DNA of 64,000 nt from Collinsella sp. (GTDB lineage Bacteria; Actinomycetota; Coriobacteriia; Coriobacteriales; Coriobacteriaceae). Below the pieces are notes generated by a model that ran no database searches, had not been told where the DNA came from, and worked only from the letters and a program-made list of their open reading frames with translations. This document shows, piece after piece, positions 48,248 to 58,911 of the stretch (its first letter is position 1; each line of letters opens with the position of its first letter). The DNA lies in the NCBI GenBank assembly GCA_036550355.1, contig JAXKGN010000005.1, positions 59,193-123,192 of the forward strand, read 5' to 3'. The translations under genes and the position numbers were made by a program.

Positions 48248-49147
48248 ATGGACGAGAACGTGATGAACACCGCAGTGGCCGCGTCCAACCAGACAGCCGT
48301 GCCCACCATCGAGATCGCCGCCCACGCCGGCACCTGCTACGGCGTGCAGCGCGCGCTCGACATGGCGCTGGCCGCAGCACCGCAGGCAGGGGAGAGCTCT
48401 CAGGTCCACACCCTGGGGCCGCTCATCCATAACCCCATCGTGGTGCGCGAACTCGCCGAGGCAGGCGTCGGTCTGGCCGAGAGTCTGGACGACGCATCGT
48501 CGGGTACCGTAATCATCCGCGCCCACGGCGTGGTGCCGCAGGTGGTCGATTCCGCCCGCGAACGCGGTCTTACCGTGGTCGATGCCACCTGCCCCTACGT
48601 GAAGAAGGTCCACGTGGCCGCCGAGCGCCTGGTACGCGAGGGCTATCGCGTGCTCGTCGTGGGCGAGCCAGGGCATCCTGAGGTGGAGGGCATCCTGGGC
48701 CATGCCGGCGATGACGCGCAGGTCGTGAGTTGCGCCGCCGATGCGGACGCGCTGCCGCTCAAGGGCAAGGTGGGCCTGGTTGTGCAGACCACCCAAACCG
48801 CGCAGAACCTGGCCGAGGTTGTGGCCTCCATCACCCCGCGCGTGCAGGAACTGCGCGTGATCAACACCATCTGCGCCGCCACGAGTGAGCGACAGCGGGC
48901 GGCGGCCGCACTTGCCAACCGCTGCGACTGCATGGTCGTGGTGGGCGGCAAGAACTCGGGCAACACCCGCCGCCTGGCGCAGATTTGCGCCGATGTCTGC
49001 GAGCGCACACATCACATAGAGGAGGCATCCGAGATCGAAGCGGCATGGTTTGCCAATGCTCACCACATCGGCATCACCGCCGGAGCCTCCACCCCGCAAG
49101 AACACATCGAGCGCGCCGTCGAGCGCATCAAGGAGCTTTGCCGCTAA
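48248..49147 (+). CDS. ispH: 4-hydroxy-3-methylbut-2-enyl diphosphate reductase
   Basis: CYGVQRA, DATCPYV, TICAAT.ERQ and TAGASTP motifs. Confidence 0.95.
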   Translation: MDENVMNTAVAASNQTAVPTIEIAAHAGTCYGVQRALDMALAAAPQAGESSQVHTLGPLIHNPIVVRELAEAGVGLAESLDDASSGTVIIRAHGVVPQVVDSARERGLTVVDATCPYVKKVHVAAERLVREGYRVLVVGEPGHPEVEGILGHAGDDAQVVSCAADADALPLKGKVGLVVQTTQTAQNLAEVVASITPRVQELRVINTICAATSERQRAAAALANRCDCMVVVGGKNSGNTRRLAQICADVCERTHHIEEASEIEAAWFANAHHIGITAGASTPQEHIERAVERIKELCR

Positions 49148-49149
49148 TC

Positions 49150-50592
49150 ATGGACCAGACCGTACCCGGATACGCCGCCGAGGTGGCCGATTACGGGCGC
49201 AGCCGCGACCCCGAGCCGGGTGAGGGCGCGCTCGTTAAAAACGTGCGTCCCGAATCGCCCGCGTGGGATGTGGGTATCGAGCCGGGCATGCGCGTGCTCA
49301 CGGTCAACGGCGAGCAACTGACCGATATGATCGTGTGGCTATGGGAGGCAGATGACGACACCGTCGAGTTGGAGGTTTTCGACCCGCGCGACGACACCGT
49401 CACCCCCGTCGAGCTCGATCGCTTTCCCGGCGAGGACTGGGGCCTTGAGTTCGATGGCCCCATCTTCGACGGCATGCGCACCTGCGTAAACGCCTGCGTA
49501 TTCTGCTTTATGACCATGCTGCCCAAGGGCGGACGTTCTACGCTCTACATCCGCGACGACGACTATCGCCTAAGCTTCTTGCAGGGCAACTTTGTCACGC
49601 TCACGAACCTCACCGACGAAGACGTGCAAAACGTCATCCAACGCAATATGAGCCCCATGAACGTGTCGGTCCACGCCGTGAGCCCCGACGTCCGCCGCCG
49701 CATGATGGGCCGCAACGCCCAGCGCGGCATGGACGTGCTCGAGACCATCATGGCCGCCGGCATCGAGATCCACGCCCAGATCGTGCTGTGCCCTGGCATG
49801 AACGACGGCGAGGAGCTGCAAAAAACCCTACGCTTTTGCGAGGAGCACGAGCAGATCACGAGCCTGGGCATCGTGCCTCTGGGCTTTACTAAGCACCAGA
49901 ATCGCTTTAGCTGGTCCTACAGCGACAAGCCCGAGCTGGCGCGCGAGACCATCGCCATGATCCGTCCCTTCCAGGACCGTGCCTTCGAACGATTTGGCCG
50001 CCACACCTTCCAGATGAGCGACGAGTTCTACCTGGATGCCGGCATCGAGCCACCCGAGGCCGACTTTTACGACGGCTACCCGCAGTACTACGACGGCATC
50101 GGCATGATCCGATCCTATCTGGACGAGACCGACAACGTGCTCGCCGCCGATACCGAGCGTCTGCGCCGCGTTCGCGAGGTCATCGCCGCCCGTAGCCAGC
50201 ACCTGCTGTGCCTTTCGGGCGCCAGCGCGCGCGATACGGTGGCGCGTTTTGTGGAGTCTCCACAGGGCCTTGCCGGTACCGTCACGGCCATCAAAAACCG
50301 CTACTTTGGCGGCAACGTGGACGTGACCGGCCTCATCGTTGCCTGCGACATCTTGGAGCAGCTGCCGCAGGACCTGTCAGGGGTTATGCTCTTTGTGCCT
50401 AAGCTCATGTTCAACGCCGACGGCATGACCCTTGACGAGTATCATCGTGACGAATTACTCGCAAGCCTTACCGGTCGCGGCGCCGAGGTTCATGTGGTAT
50501 CGACCATGCCGCATGAGCTGCTCGATACCCTGGAGCACATCCTTGGCATAACGCCCGCCAATTCAACTATTCCCGCTGACCCTACCCATTAA
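49150..50592 (+). CDS. PDZ + radical SAM-like DUF512 protein
   Basis: CVNACVFCF, DDDYRLSFLQGNFVTLTN and SDEFY motifs. Confidence 0.88.
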   Translation: MDQTVPGYAAEVADYGRSRDPEPGEGALVKNVRPESPAWDVGIEPGMRVLTVNGEQLTDMIVWLWEADDDTVELEVFDPRDDTVTPVELDRFPGEDWGLEFDGPIFDGMRTCVNACVFCFMTMLPKGGRSTLYIRDDDYRLSFLQGNFVTLTNLTDEDVQNVIQRNMSPMNVSVHAVSPDVRRRMMGRNAQRGMDVLETIMAAGIEIHAQIVLCPGMNDGEELQKTLRFCEEHEQITSLGIVPLGFTKHQNRFSWSYSDKPELARETIAMIRPFQDRAFERFGRHTFQMSDEFYLDAGIEPPEADFYDGYPQYYDGIGMIRSYLDETDNVLAADTERLRRVREVIAARSQHLLCLSGASARDTVARFVESPQGLAGTVTAIKNRYFGGNVDVTGLIVACDILEQLPQDLSGVMLFVPKLMFNADGMTLDEYHRDELLASLTGRGAEVHVVSTMPHELLDTLEHILGITPANSTIPADPTH

Positions 50593-50602
50593 AGGAGAGC
50601 AG

Positions 50603-51937
50603 ATGAAACCTATCGTCGCCGTCGTCGGACGCCCCAACGTGGGCAAGTCCACGCTCGTCAACCGCCTGGCCCAGACCTCGGACGCCATCGTCCACGAGTC
50701 CCGCGGCGTCACGCGCGACCGCTCGTATCACACGGCCGATTGGAACGGCCGCGAGTTCACCATCGTCGACACGGGTGGCATCGAGCCGCTCAAGAGCGAC
50801 GACGTCTTTGCCACGTCCATCCGCGACCAGGCCCTTGCTGCCGCCGAGGAAGCAGCCGTCATTCTGTTTGTGGTCGATGGCCGCACCGGCGTCACCGAGG
50901 AGGACGAGTCGGTCGCCCGCATGCTCAAGCGCTGCGACAAGCCGGTCTTTCTGCTGGTGAACAAGCTTGACAACCCCGACCGCGAAAACGACAACATTTG
51001 GGAGTTCTATTCGCTCGGCATCGGTGAGCCCACGCCGCTCTCGGCCCTGCATGGCCACGGCACGGGCGACCTGCTCGACGACATCGTGGCCCTGTTGCCC
51101 GAGGATGAGGACGAGGTCGCCGACGAGTTCCCCGATGCGCTGAACGTGGCTATCATCGGCCGCCCCAACGCCGGTAAGTCCTCGCTGTTCAACCGCATCC
51201 TGGGCGCCGATCGCTCCATCGTGTCCAACATCGCCGGCACCACGCGCGATGCCATCGACACCGTCGTCGAGCGCGACGGCAAGCACTACCGCATGGTCGA
51301 CACCGCGGGCATTCGCAAGAAGAGCACCGTGTACGAGAATATCGAGTACTACTCCATGGTCCGCGGCCTGCGCGCCATCGACCGCGCCGACGTGGCGCTG
51401 CTCGTCGTCGACGCCTCCGTGGGCGTCACCGAGCAGGATCAGAAGGTTATGGGCTTGGCCATCGAGCGCGGCTGCGCCATCGTGGTGCTGCTCAACAAGT
51501 GGGACCTGCTCGACGATGACCGCAAGCGTGAGGCCTGCATGGAGACCGTCGACCGCCGTTTGGGCGTCATGGCTCCCTGGGCCCAGTACCTGCGCATCTC
51601 GGCCCTGACCGGCCGCAGCGTGGAGAAGATCTGGGCGATGGTCGACGCTGCCGAGAAGACGCGCTCGCAAAAGATCACCACCTCGCGCCTCAACACCTTC
51701 CTCACCGACCTGCGCGAGTTTGGCCACACCGTGGTGGACGGCAAGCGCCGCCTGCGCATGCACTACGTGACCCAGACGGGCGTCAACCCGCCGACGTTCA
51801 CGTTCTTCGTCAACCACAGCGACCTGGTCAACGACACCTACCAGCGCTACGTGGAGAATCGTATGCGCTCGACCTTCGATTTTTCCGGCACGCCCATTCG
51901 ACTCTTCTTTAGGAAGAAGGAGCAAAAGGATGCATAA
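50603..51937 (+). CDS. der: Ribosome biogenesis GTPase Der
   Basis: Tandem GTPase domains (GRPNVGKS, GRPNAGKS) and KH-like C-terminus. Confidence 0.97.
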   Translation: MKPIVAVVGRPNVGKSTLVNRLAQTSDAIVHESRGVTRDRSYHTADWNGREFTIVDTGGIEPLKSDDVFATSIRDQALAAAEEAAVILFVVDGRTGVTEEDESVARMLKRCDKPVFLLVNKLDNPDRENDNIWEFYSLGIGEPTPLSALHGHGTGDLLDDIVALLPEDEDEVADEFPDALNVAIIGRPNAGKSSLFNRILGADRSIVSNIAGTTRDAIDTVVERDGKHYRMVDTAGIRKKSTVYENIEYYSMVRGLRAIDRADVALLVVDASVGVTEQDQKVMGLAIERGCAIVVLLNKWDLLDDDRKREACMETVDRRLGVMAPWAQYLRISALTGRSVEKIWAMVDAAEKTRSQKITTSRLNTFLTDLREFGHTVVDGKRRLRMHYVTQTGVNPPTFTFFVNHSDLVNDTYQRYVENRMRSTFDFSGTPIRLFFRKKEQKDA

Positions 51938-52613
51938 TCCGATTCTGCTGACCGCCATCTGCGCCGTGGTCTCGTTCTTTATCGGAGCGATTCCGTTTGG
52001 CTTGATCCTGGGCCGCGTGTTCAACCACACGGACATTCGCAAGGCGGGCTCTGGCAACATCGGCACCACCAACGCCCTGCGCGTGGCCGGCCCCAAGGTG
52101 GCCGCGCTCACGCTGCTGCTCGACTGCCTTAAGGGCGCCATCTGCGTCCTTATCGCCCGTCCGCTCATCGCGAGTGTGGGCTATGGCTTTCCGCCGAGCA
52201 TCATGGCTCCCGGTGCCCCCGGCGACTGGATGCTCGGTGTTATCTGCCTGGCAGCGGTATGGGGCCACATCTTCTCGCCCTACCTCAACTTCCATGGCGG
52301 CAAGGGTATTGCCGTGGGCTTGGGAGTCATCCTCGCCTGGTACTGGCCCATCGGACTTTCGCTGCTGGGCATGTTTATCGTGGCCGTCGCCATCACCAAG
52401 TTTGTGTCGGTGGGCTCGCTTGCCGCGGCCATCGGTCTTCCCATCGCCGTCTGCGCGGTCTTTCCGTACAGCAGCCTGGGTCTCAAATTTTGCATGGCGC
52501 TGATCGGCATCACCGTGGTGTGGGCCCATCGTGCGAACATCAAAAAGCTCATGACGGGTAAGGAGTCCAAGCTCTCGTTTACCAAGCGCGTCACCGAGCC
52601 CGACGATAAGTAG
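51930..52613 (+). CDS. plsY: Glycerol-3-phosphate acyltransferase
   Basis: GSGNIGTTNALR, GGKG and HRANI motifs. Confidence 0.95.
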   Translation: MHNPILLTAICAVVSFFIGAIPFGLILGRVFNHTDIRKAGSGNIGTTNALRVAGPKVAALTLLLDCLKGAICVLIARPLIASVGYGFPPSIMAPGAPGDWMLGVICLAAVWGHIFSPYLNFHGGKGIAVGLGVILAWYWPIGLSLLGMFIVAVAITKFVSVGSLAAAIGLPIAVCAVFPYSSLGLKFCMALIGITVVWAHRANIKKLMTGKESKLSFTKRVTEPDDK

Positions 52614-52622
52614 GAGAGAGTC

Positions 52623-53630
52623 ATGAATGTTGCGCTGATTGGCTCCGGCTCCTGGGGAACCGCCGTCGCAGGCCTTGCCGCCGCGCGAGCTGAGCACGTG
52701 ACCATGTGGGCCCATAGCAAGCAGACGGCCGCTGGCATCAATGGCGAGCACCGCAATCCCCGGTATCTGGTGGACTACGAGCTGCCCGGCAATGTCATCG
52801 CCACGACGGACCTGGCGCAGGCACTCGACGGCGCCGACGCCATTATCTTTGCCGTGCCCTCCACACACCTGCGCAGCGTATGCCATCAGGCAGCACCCTT
52901 CATCGCCACCGACACCCCGGTGCTCTGCCTCACCAAGGGTATTGAGCCCGATTCCGGCCTGCTCATGAGCGAGGTCATCGCCAGCGAGATCGGCAACGAG
53001 GCACGCGTGGCGGCGCTCTCCGGCCCCAACCATGCCGAGGAGATTTGCCGCGGCGGACTTTCTGCCGCCGTCATCGCTAGCAAAGATCCGCAGGTAGGGG
53101 AGACCTTTAAGGACCTGCTCCTATCTACGGCCTTCCGCATCTACCTGTCGCAGGACATGACCGGCGTCGAGGTATGCGGCGCTATGAAAAACGTCATCGC
53201 TATCGTGTGCGGCATTTCCGCCGGCTCCGGCGCGGGCGATAACACGCTCGCCCTTATCATGACGCGCGGCCTGGCCGAGATCAGCCGCCTGGTGCACGCC
53301 CGCGGCGGACAGGCCATGACTTGCATGGGCCTCGCCGGCATGGGCGACCTCATCGCCACCTGCACGTCGGAACATTCGCGCAACCGCACCTTTGGCTACG
53401 AGTTTGCCCACGGCGTGTCGCTCGACGAGTACCAGGCGCGCACGCATATGGTGGTCGAGGGCGCCGTCGCGGCCCGCAGCGTCAGCGAGCTCGCCCGTTC
53501 ACTGGGCGTAGACATTCCGCTCACCTTTGCCGTGGAGCAAACGCTCTACAACGGTGTTACTTTGGATAGGGCGCTGGAAATTCTCACCGACCGCGTCCCA
53601 TCACAAGAGTTCTACGGACTTACCGATTAG
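52623..53630 (+). CDS. gpsA: NAD(P)H-dependent glycerol-3-phosphate dehydrogenase
   Basis: GSGSWGTA, LSGPNHAEE, KNVIAI and GDLIATC..SRN motifs. Confidence 0.96.
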   Translation: MNVALIGSGSWGTAVAGLAAARAEHVTMWAHSKQTAAGINGEHRNPRYLVDYELPGNVIATTDLAQALDGADAIIFAVPSTHLRSVCHQAAPFIATDTPVLCLTKGIEPDSGLLMSEVIASEIGNEARVAALSGPNHAEEICRGGLSAAVIASKDPQVGETFKDLLLSTAFRIYLSQDMTGVEVCGAMKNVIAIVCGISAGSGAGDNTLALIMTRGLAEISRLVHARGGQAMTCMGLAGMGDLIATCTSEHSRNRTFGYEFAHGVSLDEYQARTHMVVEGAVAARSVSELARSLGVDIPLTFAVEQTLYNGVTLDRALEILTDRVPSQEFYGLTD

Positions 53631-53648
53631 CGCAGAAAGGCTACTACC

Positions 53649-54320
53649 ATGGGTTCCATTAAAATCGCTCCGTCCGTCCTTTCGGCCGATATGGCCAACC
53701 TCAAGGGCGAGCTCGACAAGATCGCCGGTGCCGACTACGTGCACTTCGACGTGATGGACGGTCACTTTACCGGCAACCTCACCTTTGGCGTCGACATCCT
53801 CAAGGCCGTCAAGCGCTCCACCGATGTACCGGTCGACGCGCACCTGATGGTGTCGAATCCCGACGAGACGGTCGATTGGTATGCCGATGCCGGTGCCGAT
53901 ATGATCACCGTGCACTACGAAGCCTCCACGCACCTGCACCGCACGCTCACGCACCTGCAGCAGCGCGGCGTCAAGGCCGGTGTGGTGCTCAACCCCGCCA
54001 CGCCCGTCTGCGTGCTCGAGAGCATCATCGACGTCGTCGATATGGTGCTACTGATGAGCGTGAACCCTGGCTTTGGCGGCCAGAGCTTTATCCCAGGCAC
54101 TATCGCCAAGCTCCACGAGCTCAAGGCCATGTGTGAGCGCCACGGCGTGTCGCCCATGATCGAGGTCGACGGCGGCATTTCTTCCAAAAACATCGCCGAG
54201 GTCGTCAAGGCCGGTGCCGATGTCCTGGTGGCCGGCTCCGCCGTATTTAAGTCCGAAGATCCCGCCGCCGAGGTTGCACTGCTGCAGAAGCTGGGCAACG
54301 AGGCCGCACAGGAGGCATAA
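53649..54320 (+). CDS. rpe: Ribulose-phosphate 3-epimerase
   Basis: HFDVMDGHF, MSVNPGFGGQSF and EVDGG motifs. Confidence 0.97.
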   Translation: MGSIKIAPSVLSADMANLKGELDKIAGADYVHFDVMDGHFTGNLTFGVDILKAVKRSTDVPVDAHLMVSNPDETVDWYADAGADMITVHYEASTHLHRTLTHLQQRGVKAGVVLNPATPVCVLESIIDVVDMVLLMSVNPGFGGQSFIPGTIAKLHELKAMCERHGVSPMIEVDGGISSKNIAEVVKAGADVLVAGSAVFKSEDPAAEVALLQKLGNEAAQEA

Positions 54321-54326
54321 ACCCTT

Positions 54327-55505
54327 ATGACCGCAGGTCAAAACCGCATACCCGTGAATCTTGACTATGCTGCCTCGACGCCCATGCGCACCGAGGCGCT
54401 CCATGCGCAGCGCGAGTACGACGACAGCGAGCTTGCGGGCGTCAACCCTAACTCGCTGCACTCGCTTGGCCGCAAGGCTGCCGCACGCCTGGAAGTCGCC
54501 CGTCGCGAGATCGCCCGTAGCTTTGGCGCACGCGTTCGCCCGTCCGAGATCATCCTTACCAACGGCGGCACCGAGGCCAACCAGCTGGCGCTCCTCGGTC
54601 TTGCCGAGGGCGCTCGCCAGCGCGACCGCAAGCGTAACCGCGTGATCGTATCTGCCATCGAGCACGATTCGATTCTGGACAACCTGCCGCTGCTGCGTGC
54701 CGCCGGCTTTACCGTCGACCTGGTGCAGCCCTGCCGTGCGGGCTACATCGAGCCTGCCGCGCTGAGTGACTTGCTCGGCGATGATGTCGCGCTCGTGAGC
54801 ATCATGGCCGCCAACAACGAGACCGGCGTGGTACAGCCCATCCGCGAGCTTGCCGCGGCCGCGCATACCGTGGGTGCCCTGTTCCATACCGATGCCATTC
54901 AGGGCTATCTGCACATTCCGCTCGATGCCACCGAGCTGGGCGTCGATGCCATGTCCGTCGCCGCCCACAAGATTGGCGGTCCCGTGGCCTCCGGCGCGCT
55001 CTACGTTAAGACCCGCACGCCACTGCGCCCTCGCATCTTTGGCGGAGGACAGGAAGCCGGACGTCGCGCCGGCACGCAGGACCTACGCACGCAGCTGGCC
55101 TTTGCCGCTGCCGCCCACACGCTGGTGCCCCATGTGGCCCAGGAGCGCGAGAAGCTGCAAGCCCTTTCTGACAAGCTCTACGCCACGCTTACGGCCCATC
55201 CGCACATTCACGCCACCATGGGCGACTACGCGCAGGCAGATCGTCTGCCGGGTATGGTTTCGATCTACGTCGACGGCATGGACTCCGAGGAGCTCATCAT
55301 CAAGCTCGACGCCGCCGGTTTTGAGGTATCGGCAGGCTCGGCATGCTCGAGCGGCAGCATGGACCCCAGCCACGTTTTGAGCGCGATGGGCATCGGTCGC
55401 GAGCAGGCGCTGGGCGCACTGCGCATCTCCTTCGATGACCGCGTGAATCCGGACGATCTGAACGACTTTGCCCAGACGCTGCTCTCGATCGTAGGTGCCG
55501 CATGA
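54327..55505 (+). CDS. Cysteine desulfurase (IscS/NifS family)
   Basis: DYAASTP, NNETG, HTDAIQ, AHKIGG and SAGSACSSG motifs. Confidence 0.92.
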   Translation: MTAGQNRIPVNLDYAASTPMRTEALHAQREYDDSELAGVNPNSLHSLGRKAAARLEVARREIARSFGARVRPSEIILTNGGTEANQLALLGLAEGARQRDRKRNRVIVSAIEHDSILDNLPLLRAAGFTVDLVQPCRAGYIEPAALSDLLGDDVALVSIMAANNETGVVQPIRELAAAAHTVGALFHTDAIQGYLHIPLDATELGVDAMSVAAHKIGGPVASGALYVKTRTPLRPRIFGGGQEAGRRAGTQDLRTQLAFAAAAHTLVPHVAQEREKLQALSDKLYATLTAHPHIHATMGDYAQADRLPGMVSIYVDGMDSEELIIKLDAAGFEVSAGSACSSGSMDPSHVLSAMGIGREQALGALRISFDDRVNPDDLNDFAQTLLSIVGAA

Positions 55506-56311
55506 TCGTCTCCGAGCTCGAGCGCGCCCTGCTGGCACGCTATCCCAAGACGGACGCCGAACCCTGGGACCATGTTGGGCTATCTGTGGGAGATCCCGCT
55601 GCAAAGATCACCGGTGTTGCCTGTGCACTCGACGCGACCGAGGCCAACGTGCACCGCGCCCAGGAGGCCGGCGCCAACGTGCTGCTGACGCATCATCCCA
55701 TCTATATCAAAGCGCCCGAGGCCTTTTGTCCGGCCGATTCCGCGCATCCCCAGTGCAGCGCCGCACTGTACGAGGCGGCTCGTTGCGGCGTGAGCATCAT
55801 CTCGCTTCACACCAACCTGGACCGCTCGCACGAAGCGCGCGTTCGCCTGAGTGAGCTGTTGGACGCTGAGCCCATAAGCTCGCTGGAGCATGTGGACGAG
55901 CCTGAACTCACCGGTCTGGGTTCACTCGCGAACCTCCACGATGCTTGCAACCTGCGCAATCTCGCCAACCGTGCCGCCACGGCCTTTGGCAGCGACCCGC
56001 GCGTATGGGGCGAAGCCGAGCACCCGTGCCGCACCGTCGCCATTCTGGGCGGCTCCTTGGGCGACTTTGGAAAGCTCGCCATTGCCGCAGGCGCAGATGT
56101 TGTCGTGACGGGCGAGGCGGGCTACCACGTGGCGCAGGACCTTGCCTTGCGCGGGCTGCCGGTGATCTTGCTCGGCCACGACCGCTCCGAGGAGCCGTTC
56201 GTGGATATCTTGATGAACTCTGCAGTTGACGCCGGGGTCGACCCCCGTCATACGATTAAAATACTGAACCCTTGCCAATGGTGGACTGTGACAAAAGGAG
56301 AGAACTTATGA
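55502..56311 (+). CDS. Nif3-like dinuclear metal centre protein
   Basis: WDHVGL, THHP, HTNLD and GH..SE motifs. Confidence 0.9.
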   Translation: MIVSELERALLARYPKTDAEPWDHVGLSVGDPAAKITGVACALDATEANVHRAQEAGANVLLTHHPIYIKAPEAFCPADSAHPQCSAALYEAARCGVSIISLHTNLDRSHEARVRLSELLDAEPISSLEHVDEPELTGLGSLANLHDACNLRNLANRAATAFGSDPRVWGEAEHPCRTVAILGGSLGDFGKLAIAAGADVVVTGEAGYHVAQDLALRGLPVILLGHDRSEEPFVDILMNSAVDAGVDPRHTIKILNPCQWWTVTKGENL

Positions 56312-57027
56312 GCGCCGGCGCTACGCTACTCAAGCTGCAACAGATCGATTTGGAGCTCGCCCGCAACAAGAGCGAACTTGCCAATATGCCGGAGCTCAAG
56401 GAGCTCGCTTCTAAGCGCAAGACCTACGTTAAGCTCAAGGCCGAGATGACCAAGCTCTACGCCCAGCGCAAGGACCTGGACATTGAGCTCGACGACCTCA
56501 ACACCACCGAGATCCAGACCAACAACGCCATCGAGGCTGCAAAGAAGCGTCACGTCGACGGCTCTGATTACCGCGAGGTGCAGGACCTGGAGAATGAGCT
56601 TGCCACCCTGGCGAAGCGACTGGACAAGATCGAGCACACCCGCAAGGATGTCGTTGTCGCCCATAAGGAGGCGCTCGACCGCGAGGCTCGCGCGCAGGCC
56701 ATTATCGCTAAGTTCGAGGAGGGCGTGAAGGCAGATACCAAGGCCGCTCGTGCTAAGGCTGCCGACCTCCAGGCTCAAATTGACGCCGCCACCAAGGAGC
56801 GCACCGTGCTGGCTGCCACGCTGCCGACTGACGTGCTCACCGATTACGAGCGCCTGCTCAAGCAGTTCCGCGGCCTGGCCGTCGAGACCATTCAGGGCAA
56901 CATCCCCACGGTCTGCCATACCGCGCTGCAGGCATCGTCCATGAGCGACCTAAACCACGACGGTAGTGAGATTACGCACTGCCCGTATTGCCACCGCCTG
57001 CTCGTGCTCCCCAGCAAGGAAGCTTAA
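56308..57027 (+). CDS. Coiled-coil protein with C-terminal zinc ribbon
   Basis: LLKLQQID start, long coiled coil, CPYCHRLL; follows the Nif3 gene. Confidence 0.8.
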   Translation: MSAGATLLKLQQIDLELARNKSELANMPELKELASKRKTYVKLKAEMTKLYAQRKDLDIELDDLNTTEIQTNNAIEAAKKRHVDGSDYREVQDLENELATLAKRLDKIEHTRKDVVVAHKEALDREARAQAIIAKFEEGVKADTKAARAKAADLQAQIDAATKERTVLAATLPTDVLTDYERLLKQFRGLAVETIQGNIPTVCHTALQASSMSDLNHDGSEITHCPYCHRLLVLPSKEA

Positions 57028-58245
57028 ATGATGACGGCGGCACCCAACAATTCAATGCAACTTGAGGGAAAAACGATCCTGCTGGGCATTACCGGCGGGA
57101 TCGCCGCCTATAAGTCGTGCAATATCGTGCGCCTGCTGCAAAAGCGCGGCGCGCGCGTCAAGGTCGTTATGAGCGAGCATGCTACGGAGTTTGTGGGGCC
57201 GCTCACCTTCCGCGCGCTTACGGGCGAGCCGGTCGCTGTGGGCCTGTTCGACGATCCCTCCGACCCCATCCACCACATTTCGCTCGCGCAGGAGCCCGAC
57301 CTGGTTGTCGTGGCGCCCGCGACGGCCAATATCATCGCCAAGATGGCCAACGGCATCGCCGATGACCTCATCTCCACCACGCTGCTTGCCACGCCGCGAC
57401 CCATCGTGATCGCACCCGCTATGAACAACGGCATGTGGAAGGCACCGGCGACGCAGGCCAACATGGCCACGTTGCGCGACCGTGGCGTCCATGTGGTGGG
57501 ACCCGGCAGCGGCTACCTTGCCTGCGGCGACGTGGACACGGGGCGCATGAGCGAGCCCGAGGACATCGTCGAAGCCATCTGCGAGGTGCTCAACCCCGCG
57601 CCCCAAGACCTTGCAGGTAAACGAATTGTCATCACTGCCGGCCCCACGCATGAGCCGATCGATCCGGTGCGCTTTATCGGCAACCGGTCGTCGGGAAAGA
57701 TGGGCATCGCCCTGGCAGGGGAGGCCGCTCGCCGCGGTGCTGAGGTCACGCTCGTGCTGGGACCGACGTCGCTCGATGTCCCCCACGGCGTGGAGTGCGT
57801 GCGCGTGCAGACCGCCGCAGAGATGCTGCAGGCGGCGCTGGGTGCCTTTCAGACGGCCGATGCGGCCATTTGTGCAGCCGCCGTCGCCGACTACACCCCC
57901 GTATCCCCTGCGGACCACAAGCTCAAAAAGGCCAACGAACGCTTGGATCGCATCGAACTGATCGAGACGGTCGATATTTTGGCCGAGCTTTCACGCCAAA
58001 AGGGCGAGCGCCGTGTGATCGGATTTGCAGCCGAGACCGATAACGTCGTGGAGTACGCTAAGCGCAAACTTGCCCGCAAGGGCTGCGATGCGATCATCGC
58101 CAACGATGTCTCGCGCGCCGATTCGGGCTTTGGAACAGACACCAACAAGGCCTGGATTGTGAGCACGGCGGGTACACAGGAACTTCCCGTACTAACAAAA
58201 CCCCAGCTCGCAGCTACAATTTTAGACTTGCTCAAAAATAATTAA
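57028..58245 (+). CDS. coaBC: Phosphopantothenoylcysteine decarboxylase/ligase
   Basis: GGIAAYK, PAMN, GPTHEPIDPVRFIGNRSSGKMG and GFAAET motifs. Confidence 0.96.
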   Translation: MMTAAPNNSMQLEGKTILLGITGGIAAYKSCNIVRLLQKRGARVKVVMSEHATEFVGPLTFRALTGEPVAVGLFDDPSDPIHHISLAQEPDLVVVAPATANIIAKMANGIADDLISTTLLATPRPIVIAPAMNNGMWKAPATQANMATLRDRGVHVVGPGSGYLACGDVDTGRMSEPEDIVEAICEVLNPAPQDLAGKRIVITAGPTHEPIDPVRFIGNRSSGKMGIALAGEAARRGAEVTLVLGPTSLDVPHGVECVRVQTAAEMLQAALGAFQTADAAICAAAVADYTPVSPADHKLKKANERLDRIELIETVDILAELSRQKGERRVIGFAAETDNVVEYAKRKLARKGCDAIIANDVSRADSGFGTDTNKAWIVSTAGTQELPVLTKPQLAATILDLLKNN

Positions 58246-58325
58246 AAAAATTCTTGCACAAGTCCAAAGTTTCGGGTTAATATACTCCCTGTTGCGAGCG
58301 AGAGCAGAGCAACAAACAAAAGCTT

Positions 58326-58402
<77 letters not shown>

Positions 58403-58411
58403 GAAGTTTGC

Positions 58412-58446
58412 AGGTCAGGCACCTAGTGCCTGACCTTTTTTGTTTT
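58412..58446 (+). terminator. Terminator after tRNA-Pro
   Basis: AGGTCAGGCAC-CTA-GTGCCTGACCT followed by a T tract. Confidence 0.8.
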
Positions 58447-58474
58447 AAGCAATTGCTTAATTTTGATTAAGCAA
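58445..58474. repeat. TTAAGCAA motif in three copies (direct, inverted, direct)
   Basis: TTAAGCAATTGCTTAA palindrome at 58445-58460 plus a copy at 58467-58474. Confidence 0.65.
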
Positions 58475-58870
58475 CAGGGCGCCAATAATCTACCTACACG
58501 ATGATCGCTTTTTGCGGTTACTTGCGCGTTTTGCACACGCTTGAGCCGATTTATTAACGCGATATGAATCTACATACGCGTAGCTGGTATACAGCCGAGC
58601 ACAGGCCGTATTTATCGCGGCGATTTTCACAGATATAGCGACTGTAACGAACAAGCGTGTCGCTGTATTTATACCAGTAGTTCACTTGATCGGTGGACAA
58701 GTAGGCGATTGCAACGATATGCCAAACGGGATGGCCTCTATACGAGGATGCAGCAGAGGTAATGGCGGGGGAGTGCGGCAGGCGCTCTGAGAGCCGCTGT
58801 ATGACCCCATTTCTCCTCAAACCGATAACCTATGCCACTAACCTCAAAACGTTCGTTCAGTTGCCAAAAG

Positions 58871-58900
58871 AAAAGCCCGCGCGGTATGGCGCAGGCTTTT
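58871..58900 (-). terminator. Terminator/hairpin after the Flp-lectin gene
   Basis: AAAAGCCCGCGC...GCGCAGGCTTTT. Confidence 0.7.
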
Positions 58901-58911
58901 CATCCAGAAAA

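Noticed and set aside
41372..53033. Long minus-strand ORFs (662, 462, 525, 528 and 374 aa)
   Set aside because: Antisense shadows of well-supported core genes.
58500..58860. Possible DGR template repeat next to the lectin-like gene
   Set aside because: No similarity to the 3' end of 58912-59892 by eye, and no RT gene in the window.
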